The notes under the pieces are model-generated. The model did no database searches. It saw nothing but the letters and a program-made list of their open reading frames with translations, and had not been told where the DNA came from. DNA of 64,000 nt from positions 992,001-1,056,000 of the forward strand of contig BCGN01000003.1 in assembly GCA_001599295.1 (NCBI GenBank), given 5' to 3'. A program made the translations under genes and the position numbers. The DNA is from Sporopachydermia quercuum. Taxonomy: Eukaryota. Position 1 is the stretch's first letter, and each line of letters begins with the position of its first letter. Below are positions 34,928-45,330 of this stretch, piece by piece.

Positions 34928-37900
34928 ATGGATTTTTCTATTCCATCAGATGCACCACCTGAACTGGTGTCAGCTTTACAGGTGCTAATAGACGAATACT
35001 CGGAAGGTGATTTAACAGAGAAAGGCTACTTTAAGAAAAGAGATGCATTGTTATCGAGCTTCTCATCGGCGATTAAGAACTTGTCACCACAGGTATCAGG
35101 CAGGGAGTCGTACAATGGGTCAAACTCAGGCGGTGAAAGCTTCAATCATTCTTTTTCAACTGATAATAATATCAGAGCAGATTCTATCACATCATCAGTA
35201 ACGTCGTCAGGTCGCGATGGGTCATATTTTTTAGCGCGACCGCAGTTTGGACATGCTCGGGGTTTTTCCTCGGGCTCTTATATTGAATATACTGGAATGA
35301 CAGACTCTGATGATAATTATCGCACACCACCAGCAAGGTCATTGGCTTCACCACATCGAGAACCTGTAGCACATTTTCTACCTCCACCTCCTCCTACAAT
35401 TCCATTACAGAAACCATTACTTCCACGAAAGATTCCCAAGCCAAAGGTTGAGACGTTCGACAATCTTCCTTTATTACTGCGGTTCAGAGGTAAAGCATAT
35501 GCAAGAGAACAAGCATTAACTGTACTAGATGCTAAAGGTAAAGATGTCGCTTCGATTACATGGGACAAACTACATTTGAAAGCAGAGAAAGTTGCACAAT
35601 TAATTAAAGCTCAACGGCAACTTCCACCCGGTGCTTGCACTACTTTACTTTATCGTGATAGTGATATAATAGATTTTGCAATTGCGCTTTTTGGTTGCTT
35701 TTTAGCTGGGGTTATTGCTGTTCCAATTGCACCTGATTTCCAACCAGAAGATATCCTCCAAATTCTATCGGCAGCAAACTGTAAATTAATTCTCACAACT
35801 GAAGCTATACATAAGCAGTTTCAGAAGGCTACGCAAGAATCGGGGAACTCAGTGACATGGCCTAAAAGTGTGATTTGGTGGAAAACAGATGAATTTGGTA
35901 CCTACAAAGCTCCATCTAGAGATGCAGATCTACCACCATTGCAAGTACCAGATATTGCTTATATAGAATACTCAAGATCACCAATAGGTGAATTAAGAGG
36001 TATTGTTTTGTCACATCGAACTCTGCTTCATCAAATGAGTCTTTTGGCGGATGTTCTTCAATCCCGTGATGGTAAATCTTACCGCCGAAACGCCACAAAG
36101 TTTTCCGCCAATCGTCACGTGTTTTTATCGTTCTTAGAACCTCGGCAATCAACGGGTCTCATATTGGGGTTACTTTTCTCGGTATATTCTGGAAACCCTC
36201 TACTTTGGGTTCCGAGAGACGCCTTAACAGTATCAGGACTTTATGCTCACATAATCACTAAATGGAGTGTAGCAGTGCTTTTAGCTGATTATAATGGCCT
36301 AACAAAAGTAGCATTTGACTATCAACAAAGACCAGCGTTAACTACTAAGAAGAAAAGAATAGATTTTAGTTCCTTGCGATGGTGCCTAATCAATTCTCTT
36401 ACTATCCGATCAGATACACATGAATTGTTAGCTGATCGCTGGCTCAAACCTTTAGGTTGTCCTAGAGCGCGTGATGTGTTGGCGCCAATGCTTACCTTAT
36501 ATGAATATGGCGGGATGGTGATATCAATGCGAGACTGGCTAGGCCATAGTGAAACTCTCGAAGGACCTGACAGTGGAAATGGATCTCAGGGAGAAATCGG
36601 ATTCGATTCAATGTCAATAGCGCGAAATGATAATGACTCTGATGATGATTCAGGGCCTAATCCTGCTGCTTTGACAGAACTGCTGATTGATAAAAAAGCA
36701 TTGACAGTAAACGCCATTAAAATCATGTCAGAAACTGGCCAGAAACCTGATTTGGCCTGCTATATTAGAGTAGGTTCTTTTGGTTTCCCTATTTACGATG
36801 CGACTCTAGTTATTGTCAATCCTGAGACTAAACAGTTAAGCGCCGAGATGGAAGTAGGGGAAATCTGGGTCGATTCCCCTTGTATTTCGGGTGGATTTTG
36901 GAACTTGAAGTCGGAAACTGAAGCTATCTTTAGAGCTAAATGTACTGGTGATCCATCAATTGAAGATTTGAATTTCTTACGTACTGGACTAATGGGATTC
37001 TTGTACCGCGGTAAAGTATATGTTCTTGGTTTATATGAAGATCGTATAGTACAAGAAGCCAGATTGATTCCTCCTGATACTGATGTTGATGTCAGAGAAT
37101 TTTCTTATACGACTCAAGGATTATCTGTTAGATATCATTATTCTGAGCATTTATTCAAAACATTGGATTTAAACCTTGGAATGATGAAAGGATCCAATAC
37201 TATGCATGATTTTGCTGTGTTTAATATAACATTGAATGATCAAACGTTACCAGTAATAGTAATAGAAACGCCGGCTGCTATTCCCGAGACTAGTCCAAAG
37301 GACCCTACTCGGGAATTTATCAATCTCGATACGCTAGAAAAAATAGCTGCTCAGGCAATGAGATGTTTGCAAGATTCCCATCATTTATATGTATATTGTG
37401 TTCAAATGGTCCCTCCGAAAACTCTACCAAGAACTTATAAATGCGGTAGAAAGGAGATTGCCAATTTGATTTGCCGAAGAAGGTTCACTCAAGGCCGTTT
37501 ACCAGCTATGTATGTCAAATTTGGTATAGAAAAGGCTGTGGCTGATATCCCATGTGGTGCGGATCTTTCCGGTGGCGTTTGGTCCCGGTATATTTCCAAT
37601 TTGAGAACTGAAGGCTTAGTACCGGCCGAGGAACAACTATCAGGCATTAATATGGTTGCTGTAACACGGGACGATAGAACTCAAACTGATATCAGCCGTT
37701 TTGGAAATCTGTTGGAAATTCTACTATGGAGAATTGAAAAATCTCCTGATGAATTAGCGTTCTGTCGTCTTGATGAAAAACTTAAAGATGATAAAGGAGT
37801 ATCATGGAAACGATTTGATTTGAGAGTAGGTGGAATGTGTCAACAATTGCTGAATAAATATAAAATAGCCCCAGGATCCAAAGTCTTACTTGTGTATACC

Positions 37901-39601
37901 TTAAGTGAGGATTTTGTTGTTGCTTTATATGCTTGTTGGCTGGCAGGTTTGGTTCCTGTACCTTTTTATCCTTTAGATCCTATTCGAGCTGAAGAAGAAT
38001 CTGATAGGTACCTGAAAGCATTGAAGACATTGAATATTAAAGCAGTGTTTGTTAACCATGAAGTAGAACAAACAATGAAACATGGTGACCTTTCGACAAA
38101 GCTTAAGAAGCAGGCCAGTAAATGGAAGGTTATTCTTCAGAAACCGCATAATACCAGCAAATATAAAGGCGTGACAACTAAAGGTCTGAAATCAAGATTA
38201 GTTGAAGCTCAGCATAAAGCTCAAATGAAATCTCCAGGCACGGCTCTAATATGGCTTGTATATACACCTGATGGAGCACGTATAGATGTTACGTTATCAC
38301 ATCAGGCGTTATTAAGGATCTGTAAAGTTATGAAGGAAACATGTCAATTATCTGCTACCAGACCATTACTTGGCTGTGTTAGGCATACTTCAGGTATTGG
38401 CTTTTTGCAAGCTACAGTGTTAGGGGTGTTTGTAGGTGCATCAACATATCTTATACCAACAGCAACGTTTTCAGCTGATCCTCGATGTTTTTTCAAAGCT
38501 ATTTCACTGTTTAAAATCAAGGATACCTATGTTACACCTAATATGCTTATACATGCTATGCAGAAGCTGAAAAGTGAGTTATCTCTTGAAAACATGGAAA
38601 ATCTAATGATTGCATATGATGGCAGATTCCATGCTCAGCTACAATCGCGAGTTCGACAATTTTTACTCTCGTTGAAAATGCCTAAATGGTCGTTATCGAA
38701 TATCTATGAACATTTCTTTAATCCTTTCATTACAACTCGTTCATATATGGGATTTGAACCTGTTACCTTATGGTTAGATCCTATTGCATTACGTCAAGGA
38801 TATGTATCAGTGGTTAACCCCGAGAATGACTCAACAGCAGTAGCCGTTCAAGATTCAGGAATGGTCCCTGTTTGCACTCAAGTAGCCATTGTTAACCCTG
38901 AAACATGCAGACTGTGTCGTGCAGGAGAATACGGTGAAATATGGGTTTGTTCTGAAGGATCAGCTACAGGGTTTGTTCATGAGCTTTATAGAGATAAAAT
39001 TCTTGTTCAGGAACAAATGGATGGTAGAATTGTTGGTGAGAACCCAGATGTTGAGTATTTCCGCACTGGAGATGTTGGATTTTTGCATACAATAAGTAAG
39101 ACTTCAGGAACAGGAGGATTTGTAGTTGATATGCAAATGTTATTTGTATTAGGAAGTATCGCCGACACTTTTGAAGTTATGGGATTATTACATTTTGCAG
39201 CAGATGTTGAAAGAACGGTTGAGAAATGTCATTCAAATATTTGTTCTGGTGGAGCATGTGTTATACAGATTGGTGGTTATGTAGTCATATTATGTGAGGT
39301 TCAACGAAGAAAGTTTATTGCATCTTTAGTACCCTTGATTGTTACCGAGCTTTTGAATAAACATCAGCTTGTAGTTGATGTTGTGGCTTTTATTGATAAA
39401 GATAAGCTACCAAGATCACCACTTGGAGAAAAACAGAGAAGAAAGACAATCCAGATGTGGGTGGAGAAGAAGTTCAATCCTATCAATAAGTATGGTGTAT
39501 GTGCAGGAGAGCAAGCTTTATTGAATCGCTTGGTGATGCGTGGTGAGCTTTCCGGAGATTATGAAGTAGCTGTTTCGAGTCAAGCTCCAGTGAGGAAATG
39601 A
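34928..39601 (+). CDS. CMR2: DIP2/Cmr2 family protein: DMAP1-binding domain plus two FAAL-like adenylation domains
   Basis: EYSEGDLTEKGYFKKR (DMAP-binding), IAYIEYSRSPIGELRGIVLSH, VGEIWVDSP, FLRTGLMGF, QDSGMVPV, YGEIWV and YFRTGDVGFLH. First ATG at 34928. Confidence 0.93.
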   Translation: MDFSIPSDAPPELVSALQVLIDEYSEGDLTEKGYFKKRDALLSSFSSAIKNLSPQVSGRESYNGSNSGGESFNHSFSTDNNIRADSITSSVTSSGRDGSYFLARPQFGHARGFSSGSYIEYTGMTDSDDNYRTPPARSLASPHREPVAHFLPPPPPTIPLQKPLLPRKIPKPKVETFDNLPLLLRFRGKAYAREQALTVLDAKGKDVASITWDKLHLKAEKVAQLIKAQRQLPPGACTTLLYRDSDIIDFAIALFGCFLAGVIAVPIAPDFQPEDILQILSAANCKLILTTEAIHKQFQKATQESGNSVTWPKSVIWWKTDEFGTYKAPSRDADLPPLQVPDIAYIEYSRSPIGELRGIVLSHRTLLHQMSLLADVLQSRDGKSYRRNATKFSANRHVFLSFLEPRQSTGLILGLLFSVYSGNPLLWVPRDALTVSGLYAHIITKWSVAVLLADYNGLTKVAFDYQQRPALTTKKKRIDFSSLRWCLINSLTIRSDTHELLADRWLKPLGCPRARDVLAPMLTLYEYGGMVISMRDWLGHSETLEGPDSGNGSQGEIGFDSMSIARNDNDSDDDSGPNPAALTELLIDKKALTVNAIKIMSETGQKPDLACYIRVGSFGFPIYDATLVIVNPETKQLSAEMEVGEIWVDSPCISGGFWNLKSETEAIFRAKCTGDPSIEDLNFLRTGLMGFLYRGKVYVLGLYEDRIVQEARLIPPDTDVDVREFSYTTQGLSVRYHYSEHLFKTLDLNLGMMKGSNTMHDFAVFNITLNDQTLPVIVIETPAAIPETSPKDPTREFINLDTLEKIAAQAMRCLQDSHHLYVYCVQMVPPKTLPRTYKCGRKEIANLICRRRFTQGRLPAMYVKFGIEKAVADIPCGADLSGGVWSRYISNLRTEGLVPAEEQLSGINMVAVTRDDRTQTDISRFGNLLEILLWRIEKSPDELAFCRLDEKLKDDKGVSWKRFDLRVGGMCQQLLNKYKIAPGSKVLLVYTLSEDFVVALYACWLAGLVPVPFYPLDPIRAEEESDRYLKALKTLNIKAVFVNHEVEQTMKHGDLSTKLKKQASKWKVILQKPHNTSKYKGVTTKGLKSRLVEAQHKAQMKSPGTALIWLVYTPDGARIDVTLSHQALLRICKVMKETCQLSATRPLLGCVRHTSGIGFLQATVLGVFVGASTYLIPTATFSADPRCFFKAISLFKIKDTYVTPNMLIHAMQKLKSELSLENMENLMIAYDGRFHAQLQSRVRQFLLSLKMPKWSLSNIYEHFFNPFITTRSYMGFEPVTLWLDPIALRQGYVSVVNPENDSTAVAVQDSGMVPVCTQVAIVNPETCRLCRAGEYGEIWVCSEGSATGFVHELYRDKILVQEQMDGRIVGENPDVEYFRTGDVGFLHTISKTSGTGGFVVDMQMLFVLGSIADTFEVMGLLHFAADVERTVEKCHSNICSGGACVIQIGGYVVILCEVQRRKFIASLVPLIVTELLNKHQLVVDVVAFIDKDKLPRSPLGEKQRRKTIQMWVEKKFNPINKYGVCAGEQALLNRLVMRGELSGDYEVAVSSQAPVRK

Positions 39602-40577
39602 TGACATGAGAAAGGAGGTAGGTAATGAGTTGACGAGGGGGATGCTTTTGGAGATCCATTAGTAGAGTTTAACTTATCAATGCAGGTACCAAATCTATGC
39701 ATAAGATCTGGAACTTTATTTCATGAGCTTTATTTCGTTCGTTTCATGAGGACAGGGAATCGGAAGAAGGCCTAATGGGAAACCAAATATATTCTATAGT
39801 GGTGTGGGATGTAATAGTAGTGTATCATTATAATAATATTTTTGAAATATTGTGCTTGAAGTTACTTCCCTTATACAAAAAGGATATCCTTTGTAGGAAG
39901 GAGGGAATTTAAAGGACAGATTGTAGGGTTGATGAATATAGGTAGTAAAGTAAAGTACTGGAATGACCCTGATTGTTTTTACTGGAGAAAGCTGTTTCAT
40001 TTTCTCAGCAGATAGTCTTCTTGATAGATAAGATAAAGGGTGAGAAAGATCTTACTAATCATCACATTTCGTAGTATCTCTTCAAAGTCATTTTTATTTT
40101 GAGAACATTTCCGAGATCTCCCGGACATCTCATCTCATTTGATGGACTAACTAGAGCCTTGCTCCCCTGACCATAATCATCTTTTTTGACCATTCTCTCT
40201 TATATAACTTATGAAGCAGCAATTACAAACTCAGTGAATCCTTGTAGCAAGTTATCATTCATACATTCAGTTGCCACTATTAATGTAACATTTTCCCTAG
40301 TACCCCGTGAAATACCTAGTCCCATCAACCAATGATAACTGTCCCTTGACACTCTGTCCGGTGTTTTCTCTTTAACAAATCCTCCAAAATTCTTCCAAAT
40401 AATAAACTGGCAATCACTTCACTACTCTCGATAGCAATGTATATCTCATAGTACTTATAGCACTAACTTTTTATACCTTATTTGTTGATAAGGTATTCAT
40501 TAGTGGGAATCTGTTGTTATAAAGTTGTCTTTTGGTGGAATTACATTGAAATCGTAATATCAACAGTCTCTGTAAAA

Positions 40578-40985
40578 ATGTTTGCGAAAGCATCAAGAAA
40601 TGGGATATTCGTCAGTAGGCAAGCAAGCCAATCTATTCGATCATTCACATCAACAGGAGCCAAGATGATCCAAGAGATTAAAGCTATGAAAGATTTCCAA
40701 TCCTCTATTGAAAAGCCCAAACTGAGTGTTGTTGATTTCTATGCTACCTGGTGTGGACCTTGTAGAGCTATTGAGCCAGTGTTCTTGAATTTTGAGAAAC
40801 AATTCCCAGATGCTTCTTTCCTCAGAGTAGATGTTGATGAAGCCAATGATATTGCTATGGAATATGGTGTGACTGCCATGCCTACATTTATGTTATTTAA
40901 AGATGGTGCCAAGTTGACAACTATTGTTGGTGCTAATCCTGCTGCTTTACAAAAAGCTATTACACAGTTTGTTAAAGATGAATAG
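40578..40985 (+). CDS. TRX3: Mitochondrial thioredoxin with N-terminal presequence
   Basis: VVDFYATWCGPC active site and AMPTF. Leader MFAKASRNG...IRSF is rich in R/S/A and has no acidic residues. Adjacent to the AHC2-like gene, like YCR082W-YCR083W. Confidence 0.9.
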   Translation: MFAKASRNGIFVSRQASQSIRSFTSTGAKMIQEIKAMKDFQSSIEKPKLSVVDFYATWCGPCRAIEPVFLNFEKQFPDASFLRVDVDEANDIAMEYGVTAMPTFMLFKDGAKLTTIVGANPAALQKAITQFVKDE

Positions 40986-41229
40986 ATGAGAAGGGTTGTG
41001 CGCTCTCCTGGTGCTGGTTGAAGACGGTTATTTACGACATTATGAGTAGGACATACAAGACTGGAATACTTGAGAATTATAAATCACAATATGCTACATT
41101 GAAATAGATATCTACGGTGAAGTTTCGTTTAATATTGACTAATCAAGGCCCTTGTTATTCTTACTATACTACATACTCATCCTAACAACCGATTTCATCA
41201 AATTTTGATTACAAGTCCGATGATTTATT

Positions 41230-41709
41230 TCACTGCTTACCATCAAATAACCTAGTTGCAGCAAAAGGTGCCTGATGCTTCAATAAATCTTGGCTAATAC
41301 CTTCGTCGAAAGCTGTGGCGTTTTCATTCTCGAGTAGCTTGTATTTATTCCAATCTATAACTGGAGGTTGAACTATGTTTTGACTTTTTACTTGTTTTAA
41401 TTCACTTATTCCACCTGTAGCCATAAGTTCTTGTACAACTGACTCTGGTTCACTTGATTTTTTGCTCTTCAAGTCCTGTAGTATCCTTATATCTGATTCT
41501 GCCTTTTCTTTCTGGCTTTTCAGCAGTGACAGCGTAGAACATAGTGCTATGTAATCTGCGTTAGACTCTAAAGGTTCTATATTTTGTTGATCGGTATTTG
41601 TTGTATTCTTGTCCTCATTGGAAGATGAGCTATTTATTTCAAGCAATTTTTCAGTGCCTTTATTATCTAATTCCCCGTTCTTTGTCTCTTGATCATAATT
41701 CTCTGCCAT
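41230..41709 (-). CDS. AHC2: Small protein resembling Ahc2 (ADA HAT complex) and the ZZZ3 helical region
   Basis: NADYIALCSTLSLLKSQKEKAESDI and QNIVQPPVIDWNKY. Next to TRX3, as AHC2 is in S. cerevisiae. First ATG at 41709. Confidence 0.6.
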   Translation of the reverse strand: MAENYDQETKNGELDNKGTEKLLEINSSSSNEDKNTTNTDQQNIEPLESNADYIALCSTLSLLKSQKEKAESDIRILQDLKSKKSSEPESVVQELMATGGISELKQVKSQNIVQPPVIDWNKYKLLENENATAFDEGISQDLLKHQAPFAATRLFDGKQ

Positions 41710-42267
41710 TTTGTTCAATTGATGTGTTTGTTCACCTCTCTGCCATACACATGTCCCCTACCACACGAGCCAAACTTACAGATCAAATAGTATGCCACTA
41801 GTAAAGAGTTAAAGCTTGATTATAATTTATTTGGAATTAATAACAACCGCCATGATAATATCAACTATGAATGTTCAATAACACACAGCTCATTGCTCCG
41901 TCCTGTCTGTGGTAGCTCATTATGTATCACAATGTTTATCGGACAGAATCTAATGGAATGCCAATATATTGGAGATGTTTTCTCCAACTTCAGTTTCCGA
42001 TGTTCTGGAATATTATCATCTCCATTATTTCTAATTTTCATTCACTCAGACCCTTTTGGAAATCTGCTCAATAGAGTTGAAACTTTTGAGGCCCTTTCAG
42101 CTATTTTATAATTCTCGTGACAGGATACTACTTACTTATGAGCTCTACTCATCGATCGTTATTAATTGATTGGTAGACTTTTAAAAGCATTTATCATCAA
42201 TTGATGATCAATTGGTCGATTTACTATATAAACTGGTTGCTCTTCCTTCATAGATATATTAAACACG

Positions 42268-42652
42268 ATGTCAATTCATCTAGGTATGTATGACATTATT
42301 GTTGCTCTGCTTGTAGATACTTCTATTCAGCATTCGAAGTCATCGTATTTATTCATTATGGTAATGACAAGAACATGGAATCATGTACATGCAAATAACT
42401 ATTAACAATATATTCTGACCACTAACATAGCACAATATTTGTTTAGCTAATTTGCCCAATGTTTCAAGAGACTACATATCAAACCTGCTGATTGCATTTG
42501 GGCCTTTGATAGATGTCACAGTCGGTCAATCAGCCAAAGGAACTTTTGCTGAAGCTACATTTCAAGATACTGAGGACAGTGAAGAAGCTATAAAGAATTT
42601 GGATTATAGCGAGATTGAAGGAAAGGTGATAAGGGTGACCAAAAGAGGGTGA
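42268..42652 (+). CDS. 73-aa single-RRM microprotein (cyclophilin E/PPIE RRM-like), 2 exons: join(42268..42283,42447..42652)
   Basis: ATG 42268, GTATGT 42284, CACTAAC 42420-42426, TAG ending 42446. Product: MSIHLANLPNVSRDYISNLLIAFGPLIDVTVGQSAKGTFAEATFQDTEDSEEAIKNLDYSEIEGKVIRVTKRG. Confidence 0.78.
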
Positions 42653-43766
42653 AATGGCTGTTTTATGTGTTTTGATGCTTTTAATGTATTTTGATGAGTG
42701 AAAGGTGCTGGTAGCATAAATATATGAAGTGGGGTCAACAGAGAATCAACGAACGCAATATCTCCAGTAGACCTGTTGCTAAAAGCAGCAACAGCTTTAA
42801 CTCTGCTTATATTTAATCCTGTCTCAAAATAGCCATATGACACGTATTGGTCAGGATCATCATTCTTAAAAGTATATTTCAATGACAGGCATACAGGGTA
42901 CAAAGATATTATTACCTTCTGTATGGTGATTTCACATAATACCAGCTATTTGGAAGGTTGATGTGATTGAAAAATGTATCATTATCAACTATCTTCATAC
43001 AACATCATATAAATATGTTGATTATGCTCTGATATAATAAGTAATGAAAAGATATCATGTTTATTTGATGCATTGCTAGTCTACTATTAAGTTAATTCTC
43101 TAGTAAGCAAAAGAATGATGGTCATTATCGTATGATCTCGTATAATAAAACTACTATAGTAACAATAAGTTACATTCAATATATAAATAATTCTTTAAAT
43201 TAACATATACAACCATAATATCAAAGTAAACTAAACGAAAGTAAAATCAAAAGAAATATGTATATCCTGTAATCGATAGAAATAAAGATAAAAGAAATAG
43301 CTGTACAGCCAAGTAAATGAATNAATAAATAAATAAAGCCAATGCTACCCCTTTTTTCTCTCCTTTTCTCTCCTTTTCTCGGTTCCCCTTCTCCCCAATT
43401 AGCAATAGAACGAATCAAATAATAAACGGGTATAAAGAAAAATAAACATAGGTTAAAGTGAAAAAAAGTATTGATGATTGAGTATGAAAATTGATACCAT
43501 ATAGGAACAATGTATGATATAGATAATAGGAAACTCATGAACAAGTGAATAATAGAAGGAAAAAATATAAAGAAATTGAACCCCCAATAATGCCGAAAAT
43601 ATATGGTAATGCAATTATTTCAGTCAAATGAAAAAGTACTAAATGTTTATATGCGTATCCTGCATACAAATTTTATTCCATATCAACAGTAGTACTTTAC
43701 TTTTACCACAGTAGATAGTAGATAGTAGATGATGATTGAACGTTGATGCCATTAAATGTAATTTCA

Positions 43767-45330
43767 TCACTCATCATCTTCGTCCTCGTCTTTTAGAGAT
43801 CTATTATAATGCATAACCCTTTTAGCCCATTGTCTAGATAATATACTCACTTTCATAAACTTCTTAGATGCGTATTTCTTGAAAAAACCTTCATTTTGTA
43901 TAGGCGCAACTAAGTAATCCATAATCAATTCAACAACGGGCAATATGTCCTCCTCTTCATATCCACCAGAGTAATGAACTAGATTTGCATTCCATTCATC
44001 TTTGTCAAGCATTCGTCTTGCTAGATACATAGACGCTGCGCATACAATTGAAGGTTTCATTCCAATGAATCTAGAATCGACAATAGATATCTCTAATAAG
44101 TATTTCCCAATGGTTCTTGTTTGAACGTCATAGTTATCGGCTTTTGATATTCTACGGAGGAAATTCATAGGATTTGGATAGGCAAGATTGAATTCCAATA
44201 CTTGTAAAATGAACTTCTCGCCTTCAAGTATATCTTCTTCCGAAAATCCATTATCTGTAACGTAAGCGTAATGATCAACAGATGGAGAGAATACTTCTTC
44301 ATATTTGGCAGCAATGAATAATGAGGATGTAGCTAACAGTTGGAGTCTGTCAACTTCAATCGATTGTACTGATAAGAATCTATCCATTATATTCACAGCA
44401 AGGAACAATGTTTCTGGTAGTAATCTAAATTTTGAATGGACTTCAACCAGCCAATCAACAAGAATTCCTCGCATTTCGCTTTTAATGTGTCGTTGCCATC
44501 TAAAATAGTCTTTCGATGGTAATGTCGTCAGTTCTAGTTTATGTAGATAGTCGAATATTTCAGTTACGTATTCAGAAACCATCAAGGGATCATCACAGTC
44601 TTCTTGGTCTAGATCTTCCCAATCTTGGGCAACAGCGATAGCGGTAAATGTGGTGGTAGTGTTAGTATTTGCTGTGGTAGCAGAGTTACTTTGTATAATA
44701 TTTGCAGTAGAAGTTGAACCTGTATCATTTATTGACTCTAGTTGATCTGTTCTTATGCGTTTGTTATTGATAGTATTGGGTTGAGTAAAAGGTCTTTTCC
44801 CGTTCTCATTTGCATCTTCAATATTGGAATGATGACTATTACTTGATATTTCGCCCAAGGCCCTTCTGTCTTGATGATCCGATATCTTATCATAAGTACT
44901 AGAATTAACATGATTCGTATTAGTATTAGTATTGAGACTATTCCCAAACTTTCGACCTGAAGCAATTGTGTTCTCATTAGCAGATTGTTGAGCAATTGAG
45001 CTGGCTGATGGTTTTCCTGCCCTTGTATGTTCTACATTGGCATTGACAGCATTGATTAGTTCACCTAAGACAGGTCGCTGTTTCGAAGATTGCTTTCCTT
45101 GTAGTGTAGCGTTTTCTTTATTGTCAACATTTAATCCAAGAGCATACGCTTTTGCACGTGTAACTCTTCCTGTTGCCATTGAGTTTTCATCTCCTTGATG
45201 AGAAGACATTCGTAAATTCTAATACGATGATGTTAGTTGATGATCACGTAGTAAAAGAGCACATTACATAGTACTCTTTAAGTATGATAATCCAAGTTAG
45301 CAATTGTAAAATACTTACATGGCCAGCCAT
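43767..45330 (-). CDS. CLB2: G2/M B-type cyclin (Clb1/Clb2 type), probably 2 exons: complement(join(43767..45218,45319..45330))
   Basis: Cyclin box MRGILVDWLVEVHSKFRLLPETLFL, DPLMVSEYV, KEN box and D-boxes RPVLGEL and RRALGEISS. A candidate 4-codon exon (ATG GCT GGC CAT) and intron 45219-45318 (GTAAGT, AACTAAC, TAG) splice in frame to ATG 45209. Confidence 0.93.

Noticed and set aside
34928..39601. Tandem adenylation domains as an NRPS or secondary-metabolite cluster
   Set aside because: No carrier, condensation or tailoring genes. The architecture is the conserved DIP2/Cmr2 lipid regulator among housekeeping genes.
42604..42903. 99-aa minus-strand ORF overlapping the RRM gene end
   Set aside because: TTG start, an in-frame stop 14 codons upstream, no ATG or splice signals and no recognisable motif.
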